From NCBI GenBank assembly GCA_028534125.1, contig CM052817.1, positions 74,278,001 through 74,342,000 of the forward strand: a stretch of DNA of 64,000 nt, written 5' to 3'. This DNA is from Lama glama (Eukaryota). Positions 25,351 to 36,879 of this stretch are shown here, in pieces; the stretch's first letter is position 1, and the number at the start of each line of letters is the position of its first letter. The position numbers were made by a program, and so were the translations under genes. The notes beneath the pieces are model-generated. The model had not been told where the DNA came from and made no database searches. It saw only the letters and a list, made by a program, of their open reading frames with translations.

Positions 25351-26374
25351 GTTATGTATATAGTAAGTAAGCTACCTGTGATGATGAGGATGATGATGGT
25401 GATCACGGGGAGAAGAAAACAGTATCTGGACTCTATATGAAGGCCCTAGTGTCCATTTTCCTTGATTCATTACTTTTTAATGCTAATTAATGATATACAT
25501 TGTAAGGTTCTCTGCGAAGAGGTACTTACCTTTATTTACTCTCCTATCTTCCACAGTGAGTTATCCAAGTTCTACCTACAGTGGCTGCTTAAATTATAAA
25601 TAAAAATGTGACTTTGTGCTAGCATGAAAACTGGACTACCTTTCCTTGGATTGGCTTCTTCACCCATCTAACTCATAGCCCTTCTCTATTTCCACTTTAT
25701 TATATCAGCAATTTTTCATATATATTTTAAAAATTAATTCTGTGTCAAAGTTTAAAAATCTTTGACAGTTTGTTCGTTATATTTGGTATATGTGAGCATG
25801 TGCACTGATTGCATTTGAACCCATTTGGCTGCAAAGAACATGCAAGCTCTTTGATGGGGACCAAGGGAAAGGAGCTACAGTCGTCTGGATAACACATGGC
25901 ATATGCAGGTTTGGCTTATTAAATGTTTATTCTTTGGATCATTTTGTCTTTCCTCAAAGCTGATTAAATTTAGATATTGAAAGAATAAATATTCTAAATA
26001 TTTCATTAGCTTCTCACTGTACAAATGAGGGAAACGAAAAAAGCTATACCCTACCCCACCTGAAGTATAGGTATGGCAGTGGTAACTAAGAAAAAGAATT
26101 CAGTGAAAATATACTTTTAAAACATGAACTCATGCACCTCGCTCTGTGTACAAAATGACAGTAGATTATTAAAACTAACATTTTTATTCTAAATCCCAGT
26201 ATATGGCTAAAATCAAAAGTCCAATTTCTCTTTCTCTTCCTTTTTGTTCTCTCACACTTGCCATGTGCAGCAATATTGTGGACTAAGAAAGAACACATCA
26301 GGGAGGAACTAGCCTGTGTTCTCACCAAAGGGTATTCAATCACCCGTGAATGGTTTGCTAACAGCAACAACAAC

Positions 26375-26580
26375 CACAGGATAGTATTTACTGGGGGTTT
26401 TCTGTGAGCAAAGCACAGTGAAGGGTTAAGGAGATAGAAATTTAGTTTGTATAAGAGTTCAATGATATTATCCCCATTTACACATAAGGAAGCTAAGGGA
26501 TAGAAAGATTAAGTAACCTCTCCAAGTTCACACAAATTGCAAATTGATTTGAACCTGGGCTCAAATCCAACCCACAGGAG
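26375..26580 (-). mobile_element. MIR SINE
   Basis: 'tattatccccattttacacataaggaagctaagg...aagtaacctctccaagttcacaca...gatttgaacctgg'. Confidence 0.85.
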
Positions 26581-26861
26581 CAGCCTGTCTAGTAGTTGAG
26601 ATAAAATATGATTATAACAAGACACCACAAAGGGCCCAAGGGGATTTTGCTTAGCAGTGTCCCCATTGCTGGAAATACCTCTTTCCAGGCCACTTAAGAT
26701 ACAGAATATAATATTGAACAATTCTTTTCTTCTTTCCTCTTTGCAAATATGTGTAAAATAAGGCCATAGAAAATAATTAAATGTAAAATATCATACATTT
26801 AGTAAATATCTGTGAGATCTATTTGGAAATTAATGGATGCCTTCCAGTCAAATCTCAGTGT

Positions 26862-27100
26862 AGAGAGGCAGTATGGCTTAGTGGTTAAGAGCAGGATCTT
26901 AAAAGTCAGTCTGTCACCTATCAGCTTGAGCAAATTACTTCACCGTTATGGGCATCTGTTTTTAATCTGCAAAATGGATATAATAACAGTACTTACTTAA
27001 AGAATTGCTATATAACTAAATGAGGTGGTGATACTTATAAAATACTCAGTACAGTGCTTGGCACATAATAAATACTCAATAAAAATTAGTTGTTGCTGTT
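26862..27100 (+). mobile_element. MIR SINE (near full length)
   Basis: 'gaggcagtatggcttagtggttaagagcagg...atctgcaaaatggatataataacagtac...cagtgcttggcacataataaatactcaataaa'. Confidence 0.9.
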
Positions 27101-28574
27101 ACTGTATTATCATTATCACATCTAAGTAAATTATAGAAACACAGAGTCTTGTTTTTCTTAGTGTTTCTCTCCAGGTTTTCAGAAACCATAGTAGATGCTT
27201 TTTTTTTTCCCCAGAATTCCAGAACCAATATGTGGGATATGGTCATCCTAGTGACAGCCTTTTGTTTTCCTGTGGCTCATTTCCTTTCCTGGTTAACATC
27301 ACTTTTCTTTTCTTCCCTTGTGCCACTGACCTATTAGCCTCTCCGTCTTCCTGGGGAAAAGCAATCCAACGATAATGATGACAAGTTCTCTCTGCTGTCC
27401 ATTCCTGTTCTTGCCCAGAGTTCTGCAGCACAGAGTTGGCCACGCTCTCCTACTGGTGGCTCTGAGCTCTCCCTCTTACCTCCTTAGATTCCCTGTATTT
27501 CACACAGTGATAAGGGGGATGTGCCCATGGGAAAACACATAGAGTGCTGAAGTAAGCTAGAAAAGGGAGAAGTTATTTCCAGCTGGGAATTGTATCACTT
27601 CATGGGGCAATAGATTTAAGCAAAAGTGGAATCACAAAATGATTTTATGTAGCATCTTGTTTGATCTTTAAGTAATGCCTTGGAAAAGTTAGGTAGCTAA
27701 ACATGATTTTGATATTTTATAATCAAGAAACAGACATCTACTGATTTAAAAAAAAAAACCTTGGCTATGAAAGTAAGTATTTCTTTTTCAAAGTAAGTAT
27801 TATTATGTTTATTTTCAGAGATGGAAGTGAACACCTCTTTTCCCCACTAAGACTCAGGGCAGTTAACTTGTAATGATTGTAAAGCAAATAAAGGACAAAG
27901 GCAGAATGCAGAGTACAGGTCTGCTCTAATTCTGTGCCCTTCCCATTCACATCATCCAAGTCCCACAAACAGGAAAAGAAACACATAGCTGTGACCCATG
28001 GACCAGAAACCACAACTACCACTGCTGCTGGTAGTAGAAGAACCTTTGCACTGGGTGCCTCCATGAAGCGTGGACTGCCAAAGCCAGCTCAGCTAGCCTC
28101 TCCTCATGTGGGGGATTCAAAACCCTAACCATTTCTATAACTATGTTTGCAAGCAATAGCAAATTAATGAGCCTAGAAATGGCTTCCTCCTCACTTCTGC
28201 CCTCCACATTTTGCTTAAGAACATTTTATTGTCAGCACCTAATTTGCACTCAGAACCATAACTGCAGCAGACTCTGAGCACACGTAGCTTTCAGGTCTCT
28301 AGCCATAAATGATGACATGCCAGCAGGAGGGACACATTCTGAGCAGCCCAGGCCTTCGTATTCGTCATTCCATTGCATCATGGTACCTTTAGTACTTCAT
28401 GCTTGAACGTCCACTTGGAAATCTGGTACTTCATATTGTTAAGTCCGGACAAGCAGAGGTTTGTCTGAGATCTTTGAGGTTTGGAGGTTTGAGTTACCCT
28501 ACATTTTTTGTCATGTAACTAATTGCCTACAACATTTAAAAGTAAGGTGGGCTTTACAAACAGATACCTATAAG

Positions 28575-28790
28575 CAGAGTGGAGAAATGACTGAACTACC
28601 TCAGAGTCAGAAATCTGAGGTTTGTGTGTATGTTTTTCCCCTCCAGTCTCCTAATAACTGTGTGTCACCTACAACAAGATATCTAACCTCTCTGGGTTTT
28701 TTGGTGTTTCTTCCTCTATAACATGAATAATGGTTCTCGTCACTTCCCTGCCTCTAGGGATGTTGTCAGAATTAATGAGACACCAGGGTG
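28575..28790 (+). mobile_element. MIR fragment
   Basis: 'gagtcagaaatctg...ctgtgtgtcacc...ctaacctctctggg...gggatgttgtcagaattaatgaga'. Confidence 0.7.
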
Positions 28791-29529
28791 AAAGCTTTCC
28801 ACTTCTTTTTTCCCTCAGAGAATACTGGAATGTAAATAAAGATAATATCTCTATTTTGTGAACACTTTTTCTTTCTTCATGTCTTAATAACGTTCAGAAA
28901 AGATTTTTTGAAGCGGCAGCAATTACCATAGGTGTTACATATAATAAAGGAACTGTATCTGCCAGGAAAAACAAAGCAGGAACCAAAAGCTTGAGTCAAA
29001 GAAAATCTGCTCCTGGCTTACTCTTTAATGTAATCAGTAGGAGGGCTGGGATAATGGCAAGTAAAATATTACTGTACAGAGAGCATATGAAAGTAGGAGG
29101 ACAAACTACTAATTGAAGCTGCCATCCTGAAAGGAGGAAGAGAAAAGAGATGCTGACTGCTGACATGCTGACTGAAATGTTCTTAGTCGTACTGGAGAGA
29201 GAAGATTAGAGTTGGAGGTTAAAATGTTTGTGCATTAGGGCTGAACCACTCAAAGCAATGAGAATAGTATCACTGCTCATTATATCCAACTGAAAGTTAA
29301 ACTCTAATAAGATAAAAATGTTCTCAGCAATGTCTTTGATTAATTAGCCAATGGATTGTCTGTTAACATAGGCAACACGCACCCTGTCAATTCTGTCGCT
29401 GTCATGGAATACAATCCTCTGGTTTTGACTGATGTAATGATGTCAAAAACACACATCCAAAAAGATTTAGTCTTTCCATCTGCAGATGGTGAATTTCTAA
29501 ATAAAGTTACTCTCTGGGATAGAAAGTAG

Positions 29530-30004
29530 CCATCTTCTCTGGTGGGTCATGAGTCCAGGCACTGCTTAGCTGGGTCCTCTACGTAGAGTCTTAGCATACC
29601 ACAATCAAGGTGTCGGCTGAAAGGCGTTCTCCTCCGGAGGTTTGAGTGTTGAAGAGTCTATCTCCCAGTTTACTCAGAATGTTGGCAGATTTCCCTGTGG
29701 CTGTAGGACTGAGGGCCAGGGCTTGACTGTAGGCTGGGGCTTCCCTTAGCTCCTAGAGGCAGTTCTCTTCTAGTGGCAAAGTTCTCTGTAGGCGGTTCTT
29801 TGCTATGTGAGTTTTCCAGCGCGCTCCATACTTCATCGAGCCAACAAAGGAGCCAAAATAGAGTGACATTCCATCATCTTTGCCATATTCTGTTGGTTAG
29901 CAGTATGTCAAGGCCCTGCCCACACTAAAGAGAGGGACTTAATCAAAGATGGGACCATCAGGAGAAGGGGATCGCAGGGCCACCTTAAAATCTGTCTGCC
30001 TCAA
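29530..30004 (-). mobile_element. MaLR LTR, MLT1F-like
   Basis: 'gtgggtcatgagtccaggcactgcttagctgggtcctct...ttgccatattctgttggttag...ccaccttaaaatctgtctgcc'. Confidence 0.85.
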
Positions 30005-30459
30005 CTGGTTAGGAACAAAACTCTGAGGCTGTTACGATTTTGAAAATTTCCAGGATGACAGAATAAACAAGATACCCAAGTCTAACAAATGCAGGGGAAT
30101 TACTAAGTAAGAACAGAGAGCAAGAGGGACAAAAGTTGAGATAACTGTGTAGTCTGAATCTTGGAGGAGCAGAAAGTTTTGTGTTTGATGGGAGGAGTAA
30201 GACAGGAAGCAGTACCAACTACAGAAGGAGAAAGCTTAAATCAGAGCACAGGGAGCTGGGGAGAATTAATGGCTTACCTGAAGAGACTTCAGGGAAAGTG
30301 GTAACTTTGGTTAAAACCAAGGAGTGGAAAGATTACTTTGTGAATAGGCTGATATGTGAAAAATGTTGTTTGCTATGGATGAGTTGGCAGAAATTAGAGG
30401 AAGCATGAGATAAAGGAGTGCAGTGGAGAGGTGGCTCACCTTGTATTACTTTTACACCT

Positions 30460-30693
30460 ACTTCTGATCCATTAGCATTTGCTTCTGTTCCTTTATTTTC
30501 AACCTTTTCCTGTTACTTGCTATAGATGTGTCTCTTATAAACAACACATATCTGGATTAAAAAAAAAAAAACTCCAATCTGAGTCTCTGTTACTTAACAA
30601 AAGAATATAATCCTTAACTACTTTGTGCTTACTATTGTGCTTAGACATTTTCCTCCTTTGTTTTATACTTTCTTTTTCCAGTGCTTTCTATAT
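30460..30693 (-). mobile_element. Old L1M fragment flanking the young L1
   Basis: 'ttttcaaccttttcc...gtgtctcttataaacaacacatatctgga...tccaatctgagtctctg' resembles antisense old L1. Confidence 0.55.
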
Positions 30694-30707
30694 TTCTTGT
30701 CCATCTT

Positions 30708-31246
30708 GTTTTTTTGTAGGAAAACTTTTTATTTAAATTTCAAAACAAGAATTTTTTTAATATTTTTTATTGAGTATAGTCATTTTACAATGTTGTGTCA
30801 AATTCCAGTGTAGAGCACAATTTTTCAGTTATACATGAACATACATATATTCATTGTCACATTTTTTTTCACTGTGAGCTACCATAAGATCTTGTGTATA
30901 TTTCCCTGTGCTATATAGTATAATCTTGTTTATCTACTCTACATTTTGAAATCCCAGTCTGTCCCTTACCACCCCCACCCCCTTGGCAACTACGAGTTTG
31001 TATTCTATGTCTTGAGTCTGTTTCTGTTTTGTATTTATGTTCTTACTTTTTTTTTTTTTAGATTCCACATATGAGTGATCTCATATGGTATTTTTATTTC
31101 TCTTTCTGGCTTACTTCACTTAGAATGACATTCTCCAGGGACATTCATGTTGCTGCAAATGGCGTTATGTTGTCGGTTTTTATGGCTGAGTAGTATTTCA
31201 TTGTATAAATGTACCACATCTTCGTTATCCAGTCATCTATTGACGG
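30708..31246 (-). mobile_element. Young 5'-truncated L1 (ORF2 C-terminus + 3' UTR) with an extra 3' segment
   Basis: Encodes WITKMWYIYTMKYYSAIK...PFAAT (L1 ORF2 end); 3' UTR with AATAAA at 30766-30771; perfect 14-bp TSD ttcttgtccatctt at 30694-30707 and 31247-31260. Confidence 0.95.
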
Positions 31247-31314
31247 TTCTTGTCCATCTTTTGTATGATTGATATAGTATTCTTCTCCCCATTCTTTATC
31301 CGCCACACCTCGCT

Positions 31315-31502
31315 TCTTCCTTTTTATTGCTGAGTAGTATTCCATGGTATGGATTACCACAGTTTGTGTATCCACTGACCAGCTGAAGGACCTTTGAGCT
31401 ATTCCCAGCCTTTGGAGCTTGTGAGTAAAACCACTATTCACACTCACATAAAGGCTTTGTGTGAGCATGTTTCTCTTGGGTAAGCGTCTAACAGTAGAAT
31501 TA
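31315..31502 (-). mobile_element. Older L1M ORF2-end fragment
   Basis: 'tttttattgctgagtagtattccatggtatggattaccacagtttgtgtatccact' encodes IHTMEYYSAIK on the minus strand. Confidence 0.85.
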
Positions 31503-31814
31503 AAATCACTGTCCTGTATTTTAATGTGTTCGCACCATTTTGCATCATTTTTTAGTACATCAATTTTTCTTTTAGATAGACGTTTAAGTTTACTTCCAGA
31601 CCCGTTAAATTAGTAACAATCATAATGTATTTGTAAGTTAAGGATATTCGTAAAACATGTAGATTATTCACTCCAGAAATTGTATTTATAGAATAATGTT
31701 TAATAAGGTCCCTTTCATTATGAAAAAGTCATCCATTTATAATTATATAGTGATTAGAGAAAAGATGAGAAAAAGTATGTGAAATTTCCACAATGATCTC
31801 TAGATAATAAGTAC

Positions 31815-32350
31815 TGTAGTTAAGATCCTTTGTTGTTAAGTCACAAAAAGCTCAGTTAAATGTGGTGAATATGTTGGCTCTTATAATCCACATGAAGTCC
31901 ATGAGTACACAATGAGTACACAATGGATTCAGGAACAATTTGGTTTAGGACTCACAAAGTATCTCCAGGTAGCAGTTTCTCCCATCCTTCTGCTCTGCTA
32001 ATCATTGTTTTGACTTCATTCTTTATCTCCATATGGGTGTATAATGGTTACAGAATTTCTACATTAGAAAAGAGGGAATGTCTTTGTCTTAATATTCCCA
32101 GAATACTCCTGAAATTCTCTCTGATTGGACCAATTTAGTGCATGTGCCCACCCCTGATCCAATACCTGCAGATTATGTTGATTTGATTGATTTATGCTTG
32201 ATTTATTTGTTTCATTCAAGGGTTGAATGGGGAAGGAAACCTACACACACCTATATGGATTGAAAACCGAGAGGGGTGGGAGATAGAGGATGAGTCCCAA
32301 AGGAAAATTTGGATTGTTGATACTATGGAGGAAAACAACAAATGTCCGTA
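31815..32350 (-). mobile_element. Old MaLR LTR (MLT1K/L-like)
   Basis: 'tctctgattggaccaatttagtgcatgtgcccacccctgatccaat', 'cccaaaggaaaatttggattgttg'. Confidence 0.65.
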
Positions 32351-32389
32351 CCATGTTGTTTATAGAACATCTGTGTGTGTGCATGTGTA

Positions 32390-32572
32390 TACACAGTACA
32401 TGATGTATTTATATATAAATACTATATAATTTATGTGTTATATTCAGTAATATATATATATATCATATATAAAATAATTAATGGCTACACTTATATTTAA
32501 ATATTATTACATATACTTATATACATATGTATCATTAAATCTCTACATTATATACAACTATACACACACACA
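32390..32572. repeat. (TA)-rich low-complexity tract
   Basis: Degenerate tatata/tacaca runs. Confidence 0.85.
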
Positions 32573-32703
32573 GACAAACAATATTTTACCTAATTGGCAT
32601 GTATCACTTTTAAAATAAGAAAAAGTAAACATTAAAAATGTTGTGGGTTTATGCCAGTTATAAAATTCTGGTTTTTGAAGTGACAAAGAAAAGTGAATGA
32701 AGG

Positions 32704-32890
32704 GCTGCAAATGGCAAAATATCCTTCTTTCTTATGGGTGAATTGATTCCATTACATATATGTGCTGGATCTTCTTTATCCATTCATTTATTGATGTGCA
32801 CTTAGGATGCTTCCATATCTTGGCAATTATAAATAATGTTGCTGTTAATAGCAGGGTGTATGTATCTTTTTGAATTAATTCTTATTTTGT
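32704..32890 (-). mobile_element. L1 ORF2-end fragment (L1MA/artiodactyl-like)
   Basis: 'gctgcaaatggcaaaat...cttctttatccattcatttattgatgtgcacttaggatgcttccatatcttggcaatt'. Confidence 0.85.
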
Positions 32891-32969
32891 GGTTGGCTTT
32901 ATTTCTTTGATAACTCTGTAAATTTAAAAAGCTAAAGCTCTAACTGTTCTTAGAAACAATGAACAGTAC

Positions 32970-33088
32970 ATATATGTAAATATAAAAAATGTGCAGTATA
33001 TTGTGTATATGTATTTACATGCAGTAGATTGTATATGCACAGTCAAATTGTAACAATTCTACCTAATAAAACTGAAAAATGAAAAAAA
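32970..33088 (+). mobile_element. Old L1 extreme 3' end with A-tail
   Basis: 'atgtgcagtatattg...caattctacctaataaaactgaaaaatgaaaaaaa'. Confidence 0.5.
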
Positions 33089-34769
33089 TTGTTGTGGCAT
33101 CAATCAGTATTTTATAATCTTGGCTAAGAATTTATAAATTATAAAAGAGTAGGAATAAACATGTATTTAGATAAAAACTTTGTCTTCAGGCCTTGACAAA
33201 TACCAGAAAAGCATGAATTTCTAAAATGAGGTCAATTATATTTTATGTACCTAAGTAAATGATATGTGAATCTAAACACTTAAATTTAATAGTGGCTTAA
33301 CAATGCTTCAAGCAGGCACACTGAGCATAATTTAGTGCTGTTTTGGAGCTGTTTTCTTGTTTTAATTTTCCCCAGGCTTTTGAGAATGGAAAATAACAAA
33401 CTCTGAATGTCAATTATATTTTATAATATTAATTTGAGAGAAAGTATTTTCATTCATCATTTTAAAATCAATTCAATTAAAAAGAAGCAAATGGAAATTA
33501 AACCCACAGTTTCAAGTCATAGCATGGAGGATTTCTGAGGTAGGAAGAGAATCAAGACTGAATTTTGAACCATTCTCAAAAGGTAGTGATATTCAATGGA
33601 AACAGTGGAGAAGGGAGCAGGAGGAATCCTGATGGCTTGAATTTTGTCCCCTCCTGCTAAGCCTGTGAAATATACCTCTCCCAATAAGAATTCCTGTGTT
33701 TTCCTTCCCTATTCTCTTTCCTTCCCAAATTGCAAAGTTGCTTTGGGTAGATCGAACATAGATGAAGTCTGAGTTAAAGGTGGTAAGGAGGATTATAGAG
33801 AAGGTGGGAAAGCGCAACATTTCACTTGATTTCTTTCTCCATCTCAAGCTTAAGCAGAGAAAACAAACACAAAAACAAAACAACCAAAACAAAACCTTTC
33901 ATAAGAGGAGATGATGAAATGATGCCTGTACTGCATGGCTAATGTGAACCATGGAAATGACAGCTGCTTTGTAAGAGCAAAATAATTACTTTTAAGTCTT
34001 TTTCTCTCCTTAATAAGTATGTATACTAATTTCGAGATTCTGAAAGATCTAGCCTATCTTTGATTCCATGTCAAATAAAGAAGGGAAAAAAAATGGGGGG
34101 CTTCAAGGTCAAAGGAGGAATGGCTGGCTTCCATATGAGTTCAGACACTAAACAATTCCTTTTAAAACTACTCCTATTCAAAGGAACAATTCACACATAA
34201 TCATTTGATTAAGTGCTTCACATAACAAAAATTGGAATGGAATCAACTTCTTTGGTATTTTCAGTGTTCTATTACTTCAAATATTCAAACTGGCTGCAAA
34301 AATATTTAAATAAATGAATTAAAAAAATCAAAAACCCTTGAGATAGTCTAAAAATGAGTTTTGGAGCAGAACCCCAGAATGACGGTCGGGAATAACCCAC
34401 ATTGGCTGACCCTAGCTGCTTATGTAACACTTGGCTTATCTAAACCTGGAATAGTCTGTATTCAGACACCATGTGTGCCGTTCTTTCTGCCAGGATGCTG
34501 ATGGCATAGCTGTCTCTCTTTGGGCTCTATGCTGGTGGTCTCCAGGTGGTTGAATGCTTCTATCTAGCTCAAATGTGCTTGTTTTATAATGCCTAAGGAG
34601 GTTATTCAATGAAAGAGTATGGAATACAACAAAATATCTAGTTGAGGAAAACTCAAATGACGTTACGATAAACTATATACTGGTGTTGCTGTTAGTGAAC
34701 TTAAGCATACACAGATAGCTAATTACCTATTCTTGACTAACCTGTAATCTCTCCACATTTGTATCACTT

Positions 34770-34975
34770 ATTTTTCATTCTTCATACATTCAACAAATAT
34801 TCATTGAATGCCTGCTATGTGTCAGACACTGTTCTAGGTGCCTAGACAGTGATAAGTGGACCAGACACAGTTCAGCCCATCCTCATGGAACTGCAGCCTG
34901 AGCTGGAGAGAGGTATACACTAATCAAGTAGTTACAAACAAATCACAATTCTTCAAATACTACAAAGTAAAGGTA
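34770..34975 (-). mobile_element. L2 3' end
   Basis: 'cattcaacaaatattcattgaatgcctgctatgtgtcagacactgttctaggtgc'. Confidence 0.9.
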
Positions 34976-35929
34976 GGGAGGTAGATTTTTCAGGTCACTG
35001 AATATGGATGGTTGTGGGTCCTTTTATGACTACAGCTAAGCAGTAAGTTTTTACCCTCTTGCTGGAGGATACTTCTTGTGCCCATTCCAACTTTCATCCA
35101 TCACCACCTTTCCCAGATTCCAATCACATGTTGAAGACTTGGGCTTCTCCACCCCTACTTTCTAGTCTGAGTTGCCTCTCCACTTTCTCAATCAGGTCCC
35201 TCCCTTTCCATGGCTTCAGAATCATCTTGTTTCTAGGAGCAGAAAAATTCAGCCTTCAAGCCGACTTCCAAATCTTTCTGTCTCACACAGTGACTACTGG
35301 CTTCATTCTTTGGGTCTTTGGCTTTTTGGCTCATGGGGGCTATGGGTTAGGGAAAATACCCTCAGAGTACTATTTAGAAATAGAGGGAGAGAAAATACTC
35401 AGGATATACAAAAATAAATACCTTGAAGAATAGTCCTACCATATTCGTAAAGCAGATAGGTAGACATCTGGTACAGAAGGAGGAACAGTGATTAGGTACA
35501 AGAAAGGGATGAAGTTCAAAGCATCCAGTCAGAGATGAGCCAGTCCATGGGACTGCAAGGTCAGGATGGTAGCAAGATGGATCCATTCTGTATGACTACA
35601 TAACTACATGAATATAGGAAGTTCTAATATGCCTTCTGAGTATCCTAGTGGTTTCCTGTGTCAGGAACAAATCCTATTAGACTTCCTTAGATAGAGCAAG
35701 AAGAGCAGGCGACTGAGAATATATAGCAGAGATAGGAGAATGAGGCGATTCAGCTGAAACACTTAGTGAAGATTTTTAAAGATCACATGGTCCCAGATCT
35801 TGTCTAAGGGTTTTGAAATTATGACCTCTGATTCTGGATTAAAAGTAAGCTCCTATCTCACAACACTTTGGAAGAGAGAAAACATGATAATTGTACTCAA
35901 ATAATTAAAGGATTGTAGTAATATTCAGA

Positions 35930-36130
35930 AACACCAGGGCTACTGTTCAAGACTCCAGAGGACAAAGGTAGAATTTTATTCAATAGATGTTTTCTGACAG
36001 TGGAAGCTGTCAAAGTAGAATAGGTTACCATGTCAGGTACCTTGTGGCAAGATTCACAGGCTACATGGCCTTTTGTCAGTGATGACCAGAAATTTATGCG
36101 TCAATCAGAGGCTTCAAATGAACTCTAATC
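35930..36130 (+). mobile_element. Probable L3/CR1 3' fragment
   Basis: 'gactccagaggaca...ttttctgacagtggaagctgtcaaagtagaataggttacc'. Confidence 0.5.
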
Positions 36131-36169
36131 TTCTTCCTTCTCCACAACTTCTAGGTTGAACATTCCCAA

Positions 36170-36229
36170 TCAAAAAACAAAACAAACAAAAAACTAACAA
36201 ACAAACAAAAAAACCAAAACAACAAAAAC
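36170..36229. repeat. A-rich (CAAA)n tract
   Basis: Read directly from the sequence. Confidence 0.9.
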
Positions 36230-36879
36230 CCCCTTAGGAGGACAGTGGTTTTAAAATACTTTTATGTGAAATAAAATGTTTTTATAAGCATAACCAAGAA
36301 ATATTTAAGAAGAAATAACACAATTGAAAATTGCATAGTTTCATTTCAAGTTTTATATTGCTATGATGGATTTTTTCTGGTTTTACATTGCACATGGTAT
36401 GTCTTAGGAAAGGAGTTGGGAGTTGAATTAGAAAATAGATTATTTGTTTTTAACATTTAATGTTTCAAATGATGTTTTGTTGAAATTTGCAGAAGTTCAG
36501 TTCTCAACTCCATTATAAGCCAAAAATTCAATTTACCATTTTACACAACATAGACATCATGTTTTTTTTGGCATGAAACATGATTATTGTAGGTAATGCA
36601 GAAAAACTTGGAAATGATTGCCTCTCATCTCTCCAATGTTGGCTGTTAAGAGATCCAGCAAATACTCTTTAATTAAGATAGGCTCTCCAAAACAAATGCC
36701 TTTCTGCCTGAGTTATAGCTTCTGGAAGGTAAATAATTGAACATAGCTACTGATGACTAATGTATATCACTATATATACCAGGCATATCATAAAAATGTC
36801 AAATGAAGTTTTACCAACTGTTCATTTCTATGATTTATATGATATATTTTTTAAAGATATGCTTCATGTCTGAGTTCCT

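Noticed and set aside
25520..25600. Perfect minus-strand donor AAG|GTAAGT
   Set aside because: Lies in an L2 3'-end remnant with no matching acceptor found.
28309..28342. ATGATGA...CTGA resembling C/D box snoRNA motifs
   Set aside because: Only ~35 nt from box C to box D and no terminal stem, which is too short.
31145..31468. 107-aa minus-strand ORF with two 'YYSAIK' motifs, resembling a repeat-domain protein
   Set aside because: It is a chance fusion of two separate L1 ORF2 C-terminal remnants across the young L1's 5' junction and TSD.
32634..33097. Possible twin-primed (5'-inverted) L1 with aaaa(t)tgttgtgg flanks
   Set aside because: The antisense and sense pieces look like different L1 subfamilies, and the left repeat lies ~55 bp from the L1 edge, so the TSD is unconvincing.
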